Source: a virus
DNA: 64,000 bases
Direction: 5' to 3' (one strand)
IMG/VR virus record: IMGVR_UViG_3300036792_000198
Span: 1 to 64,000 of that record
Positions 49,211 to 57,809 of this stretch are shown here, piece after piece. The stretch's first letter is position 1. Each line of letters starts with the position of its first letter. Under the pieces are notes generated by a model. That model worked only from the letters and a program-made list of their open reading frames with translations. It had not been told where the DNA came from and ran no database searches. Position numbers and translations under genes: made by a program.

Positions 49211-51706
49211 GTGACCACCTACCGGCTGTTCCCGTCTACTAGCGGCCCGGCTACGGCCATCAGCTACGGCGGCAGCTTCCTGGCGGGCGTGGCCGTCACC
49301 GTTACGACAGGCGGCGCCTGGTTCAGCGGCTACTGGTGGTGGGTGGCGTCCAACGCACCGACAACCGGCGTCAAGTTCGCGCTGTGGTCGCTGACCTCCA
49401 GCTCAGGCGGGTCGGTGGTGTCCGGCAGCACCGTCACGGCGGGAACGCTGACGGCGAGCGCGTGGAACTTCGTGCCGCTGGCGACCCCGCTTCTGCTCGC
49501 GCCAGGGTTCGACCCGGTGACGAGCACCAACGGCTCGGTGTACGTCGCGGCAGCCGGGTTCACCGGCAACTTCTCCGACACCAACAGCATGTACAACTCC
49601 GGCGACACGTACGCTGCCGGGATCACGAACGGGCCGCTGGTCGCCTACTCGGGGAAGACCGGCACCCTCCCGGCCCCGTACTCGCTGGGACAGGGCCTGT
49701 TCTCGACTGCGGGCGCGGACCCGTCGGTGAACATGCCGAACCAGACGGACTCCGGTGGTGACGGCGGCAGCAACTTCTGGATTGACGTTTCTATCAGCGA
49801 CACCGCCCCGGCAGGCTACAGCGGGAGCTACCGCCTGTGGCCGAACAAGGCCGACGCCAACCCGACGATCGCCGGCGACTCCGCCGTCGACTACACGGTC
49901 GGCACCGAGGTTCACCTCAGCCAGCCCTGCACGCTGAACAAGGTCTGGTACTACTCCCAGTCAGGCGCCGCCAACCTGGCAACGCGGGCGTCGGTGTGGT
50001 CTGCCTCCTCGGGCCTTGAGGTAGCGGTCATCGCGTCGCCGTCGTGGTCGGGCGCGGCCGGCAGCGGGTGGATCTCCGCGTCGTTCGCCGGCGGCACGAC
50101 CCTGCCCGCCGGCAGCTACATCGTGTCGGTATACAACTCGAACGGCACAGTCGGGTCGTGGGCGCCGAAAGACGCGACCACGAACTACTGGGGCCAGGGC
50201 GGCTCCGGCGGCGTCGGCGCCAACGGCATCACGCAGGGGCCGCTGTACGCGCCGCCGCAGCCGTCAGCCACGTCCGGGTGGACGTACAACGCCTCGGCGC
50301 CGGGTGCCACGCCGCCGTACTCCTCCGGCGTGGCGATCAACGCGCAGCCGCCGTTCGGGCAGCTCCCGGGCGGCGGGGTCGACTTCCCGCAGCTGTACGC
50401 GGCCGTCGGCGCTGGCACCAACCAGTCGCAGAACTACTGGGTTGACCTGGAGGTCACCCCCCTCCCCACGGTAGCCCCGCCTGCGCTGCCCGCGCCGGGC
50501 CCGCCGGGTCGCCAGTCGCCGATGGCGTTCCAGTTCTGCGCGCCGCAGGTGCCCGCCCTGGCGCCGCCGCCGGTTACGGTGCCCGGGGCGGCGGCCCTGA
50601 CCGGGTCGGGGACGCTCGGGGCCGCCGGGTACAAGGTCGTACCCGGGTCTGTGACGCTCACCGGCTCGGGGACGCTCGGGGCCACAGAGGCAGGCACCTA
50701 CTACGGCACGGCCGGGCTGTCCGGCACGGGCACGCTGGCAGCTGCCCCCGCCGTCACGTACGCGGGCGCGGCCGGCCTCAGCGGCACGGGCTCGCTGACG
50801 GCAGCGGGACAGAAGGCAGTACCGGGCGCCGCTGCCCTGTCGGGCTCGGGGGCCCTCGCCGCCGCCGGGCAGAAGACGGCGCCCGGTGCGGGCGGGCTGT
50901 CGGGCTCGGGAACACTGACGGCCCAGGCCCAGAAGACCGTCCCGGGTGCCGCCGGACTGTCCGGCTCCGGGTCGCTGACCGCCACAGAATCCGGAACGTA
51001 CGCCGGGGCTGCGGGAATGTCCGGCACGGGTACGCTAAGTTCTGCCGTCGTCGTCACGTACGCGGGAACCGCAGCGCTCAGCGGCACGGGCTCACTCGCC
51101 GCCGCCGCACAGAAAACGGCACCGGGTGCCGCCGGGATCAGCGGCACCGGGAGCCTCGCTGCCGCCGGGTTCAAGACTGTCCCTGGTGCCGCGCCGCTGG
51201 CCGGCTCCGGCACGCTGACAGCCAGCGGGACAGTGTCGGGGCAGTTCAGCAGCAGCGCCGGCCTGTCAGGGTCGGGCACCCTGGTGGCCCCGGCATCCGG
51301 GGTCTACGCCGGCGCGGCGGGACTCAATGGCACGGGATTGCTGGCTGCCGCTGCCGTCAAGGCGGTGCCGGGAGCGGCGGGACTGGCAGGGCTGGGCGCC
51401 CTCGCCGTGTCCCCGGGGGTCACGGTGCCGGGAGCGGCCCAGCTGTCGGGCTCGGGGCTGCTGGGCGCGACGGGAACGGACACCGTCTACCCGGGGCTGG
51501 GCGTCACCGGGCTGGGAACGCTGGGCGCGTCTGTCGCTTCCGGTTTCACCGGGACGACTAGCATGTCCGGGTCCGGGACGCTGAGCGCGGTCTCAGCCGG
51601 GCTGGTCGTCGACGAGGCGCTGCTCGGCGGGTCAATCATGCTCGCTTTCCCCCTGTACGGGGGCAGCGCGGCGGCCAGCGGGATTTACGGAGGGAGTATT
51701 CAGTGA
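49211..51706 (+). CDS. tail fibre-like protein: two DUF4082-like domains plus about 20 LSGSGTL repeats
   Basis: VKFALWSLTS...AWNFVPLATPLLLAPG..YVAAAGF and RASVWSASSG...GWISASFAGGTTLPAGSYIVSVYNSNG resemble DUF4082. The C-terminal half is repeats. Confidence 0.75.
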   Translation: MTTYRLFPSTSGPATAISYGGSFLAGVAVTVTTGGAWFSGYWWWVASNAPTTGVKFALWSLTSSSGGSVVSGSTVTAGTLTASAWNFVPLATPLLLAPGFDPVTSTNGSVYVAAAGFTGNFSDTNSMYNSGDTYAAGITNGPLVAYSGKTGTLPAPYSLGQGLFSTAGADPSVNMPNQTDSGGDGGSNFWIDVSISDTAPAGYSGSYRLWPNKADANPTIAGDSAVDYTVGTEVHLSQPCTLNKVWYYSQSGAANLATRASVWSASSGLEVAVIASPSWSGAAGSGWISASFAGGTTLPAGSYIVSVYNSNGTVGSWAPKDATTNYWGQGGSGGVGANGITQGPLYAPPQPSATSGWTYNASAPGATPPYSSGVAINAQPPFGQLPGGGVDFPQLYAAVGAGTNQSQNYWVDLEVTPLPTVAPPALPAPGPPGRQSPMAFQFCAPQVPALAPPPVTVPGAAALTGSGTLGAAGYKVVPGSVTLTGSGTLGATEAGTYYGTAGLSGTGTLAAAPAVTYAGAAGLSGTGSLTAAGQKAVPGAAALSGSGALAAAGQKTAPGAGGLSGSGTLTAQAQKTVPGAAGLSGSGSLTATESGTYAGAAGMSGTGTLSSAVVVTYAGTAALSGTGSLAAAAQKTAPGAAGISGTGSLAAAGFKTVPGAAPLAGSGTLTASGTVSGQFSSSAGLSGSGTLVAPASGVYAGAAGLNGTGLLAAAAVKAVPGAAGLAGLGALAVSPGVTVPGAAQLSGSGLLGATGTDTVYPGLGVTGLGTLGASVASGFTGTTSMSGSGTLSAVSAGLVVDEALLGGSIMLAFPLYGGSAAASGIYGGSIQ
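50575..51600 (+). repeat. about 20 in-frame degenerate repeats of about 48-51 nt (..VPGAAGLSGSGTL.A..)
   Basis: PGAAALTGSGTLGAAGYKVV / PGSVTLTGSGTLGATEAGTYYGT / AGLSGTGTLAAAPAVTYAG / AAGLSGTGSLTAAGQKAV ... through SMSGSGTLSAV. Confidence 0.85.
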
Positions 51707-52065
51707 CCACCATCGTTAACCTGCCCGCCCAGGGGGAGGTGCTGATCGCGGGTGACGACTTGCAGTTCGCCGTTGCCCTGACACAGCCGCCCGCCCCGGG
51801 GGAGGTGCCGGAGCCGGTCGACATCGGCGCGGTTACCGCCGTGACCGCTGTCCTCAAGCAGACGGCAGTTGCCGCCGACAACGCCGGCGTCACCTATACG
51901 ATCGGGAACGGGCTGACCGTTACGAACAGCGCGGGCGGGCTGCTCACCTGGGACATTCCCCGCAGCGACGTGGGGGGGAACCGCTGGTACCGGATCTACG
52001 TCACCGACGCGCTGTCCCGTGACGGGACCGCGCTCGCCGGCCGGCTGATCCTCCAGGACGGGTAG
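51703..52065 (+). CDS. hypothetical protein (120 aa)
   Basis: GTGA overlap with the upstream stop. Confidence 0.55.
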   Translation: MTTIVNLPAQGEVLIAGDDLQFAVALTQPPAPGEVPEPVDIGAVTAVTAVLKQTAVAADNAGVTYTIGNGLTVTNSAGGLLTWDIPRSDVGGNRWYRIYVTDALSRDGTALAGRLILQDG

Positions 52066-52071
52066 AAAGGC

Positions 52072-52104
52072 GCGGGCGGCCCCCGCCGAACGGGAGCCGC
52101 CCGC
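52072..52104 (+). terminator. GC hairpin
   Basis: gcgggcggc (52072..52080) pairs with gccgcccgc (52096..52104), with a 15 nt loop. Confidence 0.4.
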
Positions 52105-52140
52105 CGGTGCATCTCGGCCCCCTAGTGTAAGGGAGATGTC

Positions 52141-52410
52141 ATGCTGTTCAGGGCACGAAGAGACGCGGCGGCGGAGGCTCTGGAGACGGTGGCGCGGGTG
52201 CGCGGCGCGTTGCAGGGCTACGCGGCGACCGCGCCGGGTCAGGACGTGCACGTGTCTGTCGCCCACGTGCTGAACCTGCTGGACCCGCGCGGGCTGTGGT
52301 CGCATGACCCGGAGCGCCGGAAAGCCGCGCGGGACGACCCGGAGCTGACCGGGGACCGTGACCCGGTCACCGGGTGCCGGCCGGCTGTTGCGCCCGTGCA
52401 ACGGCCCTAA
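52141..52410 (+). CDS. hypothetical protein (89 aa)
   Basis: Track ORF, with gggag upstream of the ATG. Confidence 0.45.
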   Translation: MLFRARRDAAAEALETVARVRGALQGYAATAPGQDVHVSVAHVLNLLDPRGLWSHDPERRKAARDDPELTGDRDPVTGCRPAVAPVQRP

Positions 52411-52450
52411 CCTGCTTGGCGGGCTCCGGCAGGTCAGGGCCGTGGGTGGC

Positions 52451-52494
52451 GCGGCCCGGCCCGTGATACTCCGAAGGACTTCAGGCCGGGCCGC
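52451..52494 (+). terminator. perfect 11 bp GC hairpin
   Basis: gcggcccggcc (52451..52461) pairs with ggccgggccgc (52484..52494), with a 22 nt loop. Confidence 0.45.
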
Positions 52495-52552
52495 ACCCCG
52501 TATCGTAACCCTGCCGTTCCGTTACGGCCAGGCCCGGGTTATCATGCCAGAC

Positions 52553-52629
52553 AGCGGAGTGGAGCAGCTAGGCAGCTCGTCAGATTCATAATCTGAAGGT
52601 CATCAGTTCAAATCTGATCTCCGCCACCA
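52553..52629 (+). tRNA. tRNA-Met (anticodon CAT; could be Ile2 if lysidine-modified), CCA encoded
   Basis: Hand-folded cloverleaf. Acceptor AGCGGAG/CTCCGCC, with A1 opposite C72 mismatched. D stem GAGC/GCTC. Anticodon stem TCAGA/TCTGA with loop TTCATAA. Variable loop AGGTC. T stem ATCAG/CTGAT with loop TTCAAAT. Discriminator A, then CCA. Confidence 0.85.
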
Positions 52630-52651
52630 GGCCCCTCCGCACGGGGCTGAC

Positions 52652-52694
52652 GGGCGGGGCGCGCGCACGGCTACACCAGGCGCGCGCCCCGCCC
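52652..52694. terminator. perfect 15 bp GC hairpin followed by GGGTTTT; bidirectional terminator candidate
   Basis: gggcggggcgcgcgc (52652..52666), 13 nt loop, gcgcgcgccccgccc (52680..52694), then cgggtttt. It lies between the + and - strand arms. Confidence 0.7.
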
Positions 52695-52941
52695 CGGGTT
52701 TTCCCCGGCACCAAAGGCCCGGTAGGGGGTGGTCCCCCCGACTGCCTGCAAGCTCGCGGACAGGGCCGCTTAGTCCGCTCCCCTGCACAGGGGGATTTGT
52801 ACCTGTCGACCTCGCGGCTAGACGAACTGGTTGTCTTGCAGCCTCCCTCAGGCCGCGCGCCGCTCGGCTCTCGCCGGGTAACGGGGGAGACCTCAGGTTA
52901 CCATGTGCGATCATACGGTACCAGGGGGTTACATGTGCTGA

Positions 52942-53451
52942 TTAATCCGGCTGGTCCCGCAGCTGGCGCAGGTACCCGAACGCTGACGCCACCGACTCCG
53001 GGGAGATGCCCACCGCCCGCAGCGCCTCCCCGACCAGCTGGTCAGACTCGGTCGCCTCGGCAGTCTCCAGCCAGTACAGGGCCATCTCCCGAGCCTCGTC
53101 CGGCTTCAGCATCCCGTCCATCGAGCCCCGCTTCAGCAGCACCAGGGGCTGCTTCTGCTTTGACGCCCCGGCCGGCATCATCCGGAGCGTGGTGGCCGCC
53201 CCGAAGTACCGTTTCTCACGGCCTTCCAGCAGGACCGTGGTGAACCGGGCGACCACCTCTGGCGGCAGCCCCGCGTCGGTGATCAGCGTCATCATCATCT
53301 CGGCGTAGGCGGCGCACGTCATCAGGTCCAGGGCTGTTTCCCGCACGTCAGGGACGGTGGCGTACCACTGCAGCGGACCCCATGTCAACTCGCAGACCGG
53401 GTCCCTGTCCGGGTCGCGCGTCGAGACGATGTCGATCCGGTCGTCTCCCAT
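52942..53451 (-). CDS. hypothetical protein (169 aa)
   Basis: Track ORF with high GC3. Confidence 0.6.
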   Translation of the reverse strand: MGDDRIDIVSTRDPDRDPVCELTWGPLQWYATVPDVRETALDLMTCAAYAEMMMTLITDAGLPPEVVARFTTVLLEGREKRYFGAATTLRMMPAGASKQKQPLVLLKRGSMDGMLKPDEAREMALYWLETAEATESDQLVGEALRAVGISPESVASAFGYLRQLRDQPD

Positions 53452-53571
53452 GAGCAGCCTGCGGGCCCTTCCTGCGGCGGGACGTGAACGCGCGCCCCCG
53501 CCTTGCGCCCGCAGGGAGCGGGGACGCGCTTGGCCAATACTGGCACCGCCGTGACCGCCGGGGCAGGTGAT

Positions 53572-53865
53572 TCAGGCAACCCGGGACGGCATCTTTCCGG
53601 CCTCGGACTGGCAGCTGACGTGGAGGTGCGACTGCTCCTCCGGCAGGCCGCCTGCCACGTACAGGCACAGGAACTGCCCGTCGGCACTCTCTCCGAGCAC
53701 CAGGGCGGGCCGGCCGTAGTAGAGCCACTGGCCAGCCAGGCTGCAGGAGAACTTGTGCCGGCCGAGCCATCCTTCCGGGCACCCGTTCCTGCAGGTGACA
53801 GTGTCAACTAGCTCGACGTCGTCGTCCTCGAACTCTCGCAGGTCCACTTGACTCTCCCTGTTCAC
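53572..53865 (-). CDS. hypothetical protein (97 aa)
   Basis: Track ORF. Confidence 0.5.
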   Translation of the reverse strand: MNRESQVDLREFEDDDVELVDTVTCRNGCPEGWLGRHKFSCSLAGQWLYYGRPALVLGESADGQFLCLYVAGGLPEEQSHLHVSCQSEAGKMPSRVA

Positions 53866-54737
53866 CTGATTGCCATCGGGATCTCGGCGGCGGCGGGCGT
53901 CAGCTCAGGCCCGTGGGCGCGTAGCACGTCCACCTCGTCCCGGCCGGCGGGGCGCCTGAACCCGTTGAAGTCGACGTAGAAGTCGCCGTTCGGCATCGGG
54001 ATGTGCCCCAGTTCCGCGCCGACGACCCGCCGTGGCAGCACCTCGGCCAGCCGGTGATCCATCCGGATGGTCTCGCTGTAGCGGACGTGCCCGCCAAGGT
54101 AGAACTCGTCGGTGCCGACGATGAGCCGGTGGTTGACGAGGACCGGCTGATCGAACCGGGGAACCTCGCCGTGGGCGTCGACCGCCGGCATGCGCAGGAT
54201 GTTCCAGTCGGCGGGCACGTACTCGATGCACGTCGGCTCGGTGGCCTCCCCGCCAGCCTGATTGAAGCAGCCGATCGCGAGGGCGTCGTCCGGCCAGGTC
54301 CGCAGGTAGAAGTCGATCAGCGGCCAGGCGACGTGCGGGCGCCGTTCCGGCCGCACGAATTCGAGGGCGTCGCTGATCGCCCGGCTGCTGGCCTGGTTCG
54401 CCGCCACCCACGTGTACGCACCCATATCGAACATCGTGACCAGGGCCTTGGACCTGGGGCTACCGTACTGGCGGACCTCGCGGTCCAGTTCCTCCCGCTC
54501 AGGCACGGCCGCCCACATGTCGCTGGTGACCCGGCGCAGGCCGTCGGTCGGGATGAAGTTTGCCTGGGTCAGCATTGTGTTCGGGGCGACCGGAATGTGA
54601 AGGATCATCGCGTTGGGCGCGCCGGCCCGGTTCGCCGGCTCGTTGCCGTACATCAGGCAGTGGGTCTGCCGGGGCTGGTAACGCCAGCCGGCCAGGGTGG
54701 TGCAGCCGAAGTGGGCCACGCCAACTGACACGCACAT
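53862..54737 (-). CDS. hypothetical protein (291 aa) starting Met-Cys
   Basis: ATG at 54737 with gaggagagg 8 nt upstream, in the frame of track ORF 53862..54764. Confidence 0.6.
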   Translation of the reverse strand: MCVSVGVAHFGCTTLAGWRYQPRQTHCLMYGNEPANRAGAPNAMILHIPVAPNTMLTQANFIPTDGLRRVTSDMWAAVPEREELDREVRQYGSPRSKALVTMFDMGAYTWVAANQASSRAISDALEFVRPERRPHVAWPLIDFYLRTWPDDALAIGCFNQAGGEATEPTCIEYVPADWNILRMPAVDAHGEVPRFDQPVLVNHRLIVGTDEFYLGGHVRYSETIRMDHRLAEVLPRRVVGAELGHIPMPNGDFYVDFNGFRRPAGRDEVDVLRAHGPELTPAAAEIPMAIR

Positions 54738-55075
54738 AACAGGGTCCTCTCCTCGACCAGGCACAGGTACCTGGAGCCGCGCGATCCGGCGGGTACCAGG
54801 GACAGGGGGCGGCAGCCGGGCGGCGGGTCCAGGACTATGCCGTCAGCGTCGCGGGTGAACGGTATCCAGCGGGTCCGGTAGACCGGGCGGGCCGGGGTAA
54901 TGTACTCCGGCAGGGTGCGGCCCTCTACGACCGGCGGCCGGCCGCCTTCCCGGCCGAGGTCGTCAAAGGCGCGGGCCATGGCGAGCAGCAGGTGCCTGGC
55001 CAGGAGGTTGCTGCCGCTCGCCCCGATCGTCACCTCGGTTTCCCGTAGCACGCGGGCGAAGTCCTGCGGTTCCAT
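54653..55075 (-). CDS. hypothetical protein; last 85 nt overlap the next gene
   Basis: Track ORF. The tail after ...LVEERTLL has poorer codon bias. Confidence 0.5.
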   Translation of the reverse strand: MEPQDFARVLRETEVTIGASGSNLLARHLLLAMARAFDDLGREGGRPPVVEGRTLPEYITPARPVYRTRWIPFTRDADGIVLDPPPGCRPLSLVPAGSRGSRYLCLVEERTLLCACQLAWPTSAAPPWPAGVTSPGRPTA

Positions 55076-55091
55076 GCGGTTCCCCTCTCGG

Positions 55092-55247
55092 TTACCGGAG
55101 GTGCTGGATCAGGGTGACGAGCAGCCAGGCGAAGGCCACCAGGACAACCAGGGCGACCGCCAGCAGGGCGAACAGCGGCGGGACGCGGAACTTACCGTCC
55201 ACGTCGTCGCTGTCGCCCGGCTCCAGCGGGGGAGTGACCCGGCTCAT
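55092..55247 (-). CDS. small single-pass membrane protein (51 aa)
   Basis: ATGA overlap with the upstream stop. Contains PPLFALLAVALVVLVAFAWLLVTLI. Confidence 0.45.
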   Translation of the reverse strand: MSRVTPPLEPGDSDDVDGKFRVPPLFALLAVALVVLVAFAWLLVTLIQHLR

Positions 55248-55765
55248 ATCGAGTTGAACCCGTCTGAGCTGTGACTGAAGTCGGGGCAGGACGGCGCCGT
55301 CAGGCAGAACCACACGTGGGCGACGTTCGCAATGTTGACGTGCCGTGACTCGGGGGCAACGACAACGATGCCGAACTTGCCGGGGTACAGCAGCCAGCCG
55401 GCGTTCCGTACCTCGTACCAGGTCGGCATCGTGTTGGCCTTGTTCGACAGGGACACGTGCCCCCACACCTGGCCGTCCAGCTCGCGGGCAACCGAGTGGA
55501 TGATCCGCATTTTCCTGGCCCGGTGGTCCCAGGTGCCGATACCGTCGTTGTTCTGCTCACGCTGCTTCCACCCGGCAGCGGACAGCGCCCGGTACTGGTC
55601 GTACTTGGCCCCGTCCTTCAGCCGGCCGCACTCCTCGTCGTGGAGGGCGGCGAGGCGGGCCTGCGTCTCAGGGGCGGACGCCTGCTCGTTGAGTGCCCGG
55701 CTCCGGGCGTGCTGCTCGCGCAGCAGCTCCCGGCGGTTTCGCCTCAGTTTCGCCTGCTGCCCCAT
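55244..55765 (-). CDS. conserved phage hypothetical protein
   Basis: Track ORF. WGHVSLSNKANTMPTWYEVRNAGWLLYP...HVNIANVAHVWFCL recalls a recurrent phage family of unknown function. Confidence 0.65.
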   Translation of the reverse strand: MGQQAKLRRNRRELLREQHARSRALNEQASAPETQARLAALHDEECGRLKDGAKYDQYRALSAAGWKQREQNNDGIGTWDHRARKMRIIHSVARELDGQVWGHVSLSNKANTMPTWYEVRNAGWLLYPGKFGIVVVAPESRHVNIANVAHVWFCLTAPSCPDFSHSSDGFNSI

Positions 55766-56761
55766 CTAAGCTCCCGGGAACAGGTAGGGGACCGGGGTGC
55801 CGTGGCCGGCGACGTAGTGGCCGAGGGCGCCGAGGATCACCAGCAGGGCCATGACCGCCAGGACGGCGCGGGTGACCCACTTGCGGGACGGGCGGACGTG
55901 CAGCCGCGTGATCGCCCGCCATGTCTTCGCGAACCGCTCCCGCAGCACCGGCGGGGCGAGCGGGAGCCTCTCCCAGGCGGGCAGCATGCCGCGCTGAACG
56001 GCCTGGTCGAGGGTGAGCCCGTTCCTGGTTGCCCTGGCCTGCCAGGAGTTCACGCTGCGGTCCATGGCGTCGCCTTGCAGCGCCGCGCCGACGGGCGCCC
56101 AGTAGCGGCGCAGGATGTGGGCGATGGCGAAGCCGATGACGAAGTTGGTGGCGCTCAGGTAGCCGAGCCACTTCGTGCCGGGTACCGTCCAGCTGCCGAG
56201 GGCGTGATGCCAGAGGTCGGGCAGGCCGAAGAACCCCAGGTACACGCCGAGTACGCCGAGGGCGTAGGTGGCGACGATGATGACCAGCGGGGCGGTCGCC
56301 AGCCTGAACGTCTTGACGTCCTTGCCCTTGTCCCACCATTTCGGCTTGGCCAGTACGGTGACGACGCCCATGGTGCCCCAGGCCGGCCCGGCGATGTCAC
56401 GGAACGCCAGGTGCCGGTACAGCGCCCAGTTGCCGCTGTGGACCAGGCCGAACCCGTTGGCGTCCCATGCGGCCTTGAGGGAGTGGCCGGGCACCCAGGC
56501 GACCTGGAGGACCGCGTCGTAGACGCCGAACGCGATCTGGGCGAACACCAGGCCGAGGAGGACCGACCAGTACAGGGACTGGACGGCGCGGAACCGGATG
56601 TCCTCGTCGTTCAGCAGGGTGGCGCGCGGCTTTGCGAGCGCGTCGCGGACGTCGCCGACCCGGTCACGGAGGCGGGCGGGCAGGCCCGTAAGCCAGGCTC
56701 CGGGCTGGCCGCGCCACTGGCGGGCTCGGGGCTGCCGTCCGGGGGTCCGGAGAGCGGTCAT
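55766..56761 (-). CDS. multi-pass integral membrane protein (331 aa)
   Basis: ATG at 56761 forms an ATGA overlap with the upstream stop, in the frame of track ORF 55766..57079. It has several hydrophobic helices, e.g. LYWSVLLGLVFAQIAFGVY, APLVIIVATYALGVLGVYLGFFGL and VLAVMALLVILGALG. Confidence 0.65.
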   Translation of the reverse strand: MTALRTPGRQPRARQWRGQPGAWLTGLPARLRDRVGDVRDALAKPRATLLNDEDIRFRAVQSLYWSVLLGLVFAQIAFGVYDAVLQVAWVPGHSLKAAWDANGFGLVHSGNWALYRHLAFRDIAGPAWGTMGVVTVLAKPKWWDKGKDVKTFRLATAPLVIIVATYALGVLGVYLGFFGLPDLWHHALGSWTVPGTKWLGYLSATNFVIGFAIAHILRRYWAPVGAALQGDAMDRSVNSWQARATRNGLTLDQAVQRGMLPAWERLPLAPPVLRERFAKTWRAITRLHVRPSRKWVTRAVLAVMALLVILGALGHYVAGHGTPVPYLFPGA

Positions 56762-56982
56762 GTGACGTTCACCCACTTCTCGCACAGCTCCAGGAACTCG
56801 CGCCTGCTGATGCAGCCGAGCGCCGCGTGCCGGAACTCGGCGACCTCGGCGGCGGGGACAGACTGGGAGCGCAGGGACTGGATCACCATCTTGGCGGCCA
56901 CGAGCATGCTCCCGCCCCGGTAGGTGCTCAGGGGCACCCTGACGTCGGGGAACCTGGCGGTTTCCTTCGCGTGCCCGTTCAT
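56758..56982 (-). CDS. hypothetical protein (74 aa)
   Basis: Track ORF. Confidence 0.5.
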   Translation of the reverse strand: MNGHAKETARFPDVRVPLSTYRGGSMLVAAKMVIQSLRSQSVPAAEVAEFRHAALGCISRREFLELCEKWVNVT

Positions 56983-57296
56983 GGCGTACTCGCCTCGCCC
57001 TCGTTCTCCAGTTCTGCGCGGATGGCGGCCACCACGCGGTGCAGCAGGGGGAACGCGGCTGCATCCGCGAGGGCGTCATGGTCCGCCAGCGCGGCGGCGT
57101 AAGCGTTGAGAACCTCCGGCTGGTAAAGCGCGGCTTCGCCCTCGCCCTGGCTTACGGCCAGAATCGACAGCCACTCCCGCAGCGTTCCGATGGTGCCGCA
57201 GCACGGGGCCACCTCGCTGCCGTGCCCTTCGGCGGCCAGGTGCAACCACTCGTCTGCGGTGAGGCCGTACATCCAGCGGCGTGCAGCGGCGTTCAC
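56979..57296 (-). CDS. hypothetical protein (105 aa)
   Basis: GTG at 57296 forms a GTGA overlap with the lipoprotein stop, in the frame of track ORF 56979..57731. Confidence 0.5.
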   Translation of the reverse strand: MNAAARRWMYGLTADEWLHLAAEGHGSEVAPCCGTIGTLREWLSILAVSQGEGEAALYQPEVLNAYAAALADHDALADAAAFPLLHRVVAAIRAELENEGEASTP

Positions 57297-57715
57297 GACG
57301 CGCTCGCTGACGGGGACGCGGTGCCGCCGGCCCGGTACTTCACTGCGCACGGGTAGCCGTCGTTCAGCAGCGCCGACATCTTGGCGCTGGCGCCCTCGGG
57401 CAGCGTGCCGCCGTGCTCGATGTTGCCGAGCCAGCATGCCTCGGCGGCCTGCCGGTCGTCTTTCGGGACGCCGGCGCACTGCATCAGGGCCGCGCGGCCC
57501 GACTTGGAGCCGAGGCTGGCGACAAGCTTGACCTGGGCGGCGGCCGACGCCGGTATGCACTTCCCGAAGTACTGCTCGGCGTCTGCCTTGCCCTGCTGGA
57601 CCACGGTCGACGTCGCGGCGGCTGACGCCTTGGCGGCGCCGCTGCTGCTGTGGCACCCGGCTGCCGTGGCCGTGATCAGTACCGCCACGGCGGCGGCCTG
57701 CCTGTAACTGGTCAT
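57293..57715 (-). CDS. secreted lipoprotein
   Basis: Signal peptide plus lipobox: MTSYRQAAAVAVLITATAAGC. Confidence 0.7.
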   Translation of the reverse strand: MTSYRQAAAVAVLITATAAGCHSSSGAAKASAAATSTVVQQGKADAEQYFGKCIPASAAAQVKLVASLGSKSGRAALMQCAGVPKDDRQAAEACWLGNIEHGGTLPEGASAKMSALLNDGYPCAVKYRAGGTASPSASAS

Positions 57716-57752
57716 CTCCCTGCTCTCTCACGTGCTGTCCCTGGCAAGGCAG

Positions 57753-57787
57753 CCGGCGGGCCGGGGCCCCTTACCCCGGCCCGCCGG
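57753..57787 (-). terminator. perfect 14 bp GC hairpin
   Basis: ccggcgggccgggg (57753..57766), loop cccctta, ccccggcccgccgg (57774..57787). It lies just downstream of the stop at 57810. Confidence 0.65.
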
Positions 57788-57809
57788 GCATCTCCCCCTC
57801 CGGGGGCTC

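Noticed and set aside
50575-51600. Regular about 48 nt periodicity, checked as a possible CRISPR-like array.
   Set aside because: The repeats are degenerate, contiguous (no unique spacers), in frame, and translate to a consistent peptide repeat inside a long ORF.
52553-52629. Possibility that the CAT-anticodon tRNA is an initiator tRNA-fMet because of the unpaired 1-72 position.
   Set aside because: The anticodon stem lacks the three consecutive G-C pairs typical of bacterial initiators. The mismatch is A-C rather than the C-A configuration. An elongator Met or Ile2 is more likely.
52603-52914. 103 aa minus-strand ORF, and 52797..53243 on the + strand, across the tRNA/terminator/non-coding region.
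   Set aside because: They run through the tRNA 3' end and the 15 bp hairpin. They are Arg/Pro/Gly-rich and have no start context.
55457-56923. 488 aa + strand ORF, and 57732..58757 (341 aa +), in the minus-strand arm.
   Set aside because: They are antisense to coherent membrane and hypothetical genes that have proper SD/start contexts and coupling overlaps. Their products are Gly/Arg/Val/Pro-rich.
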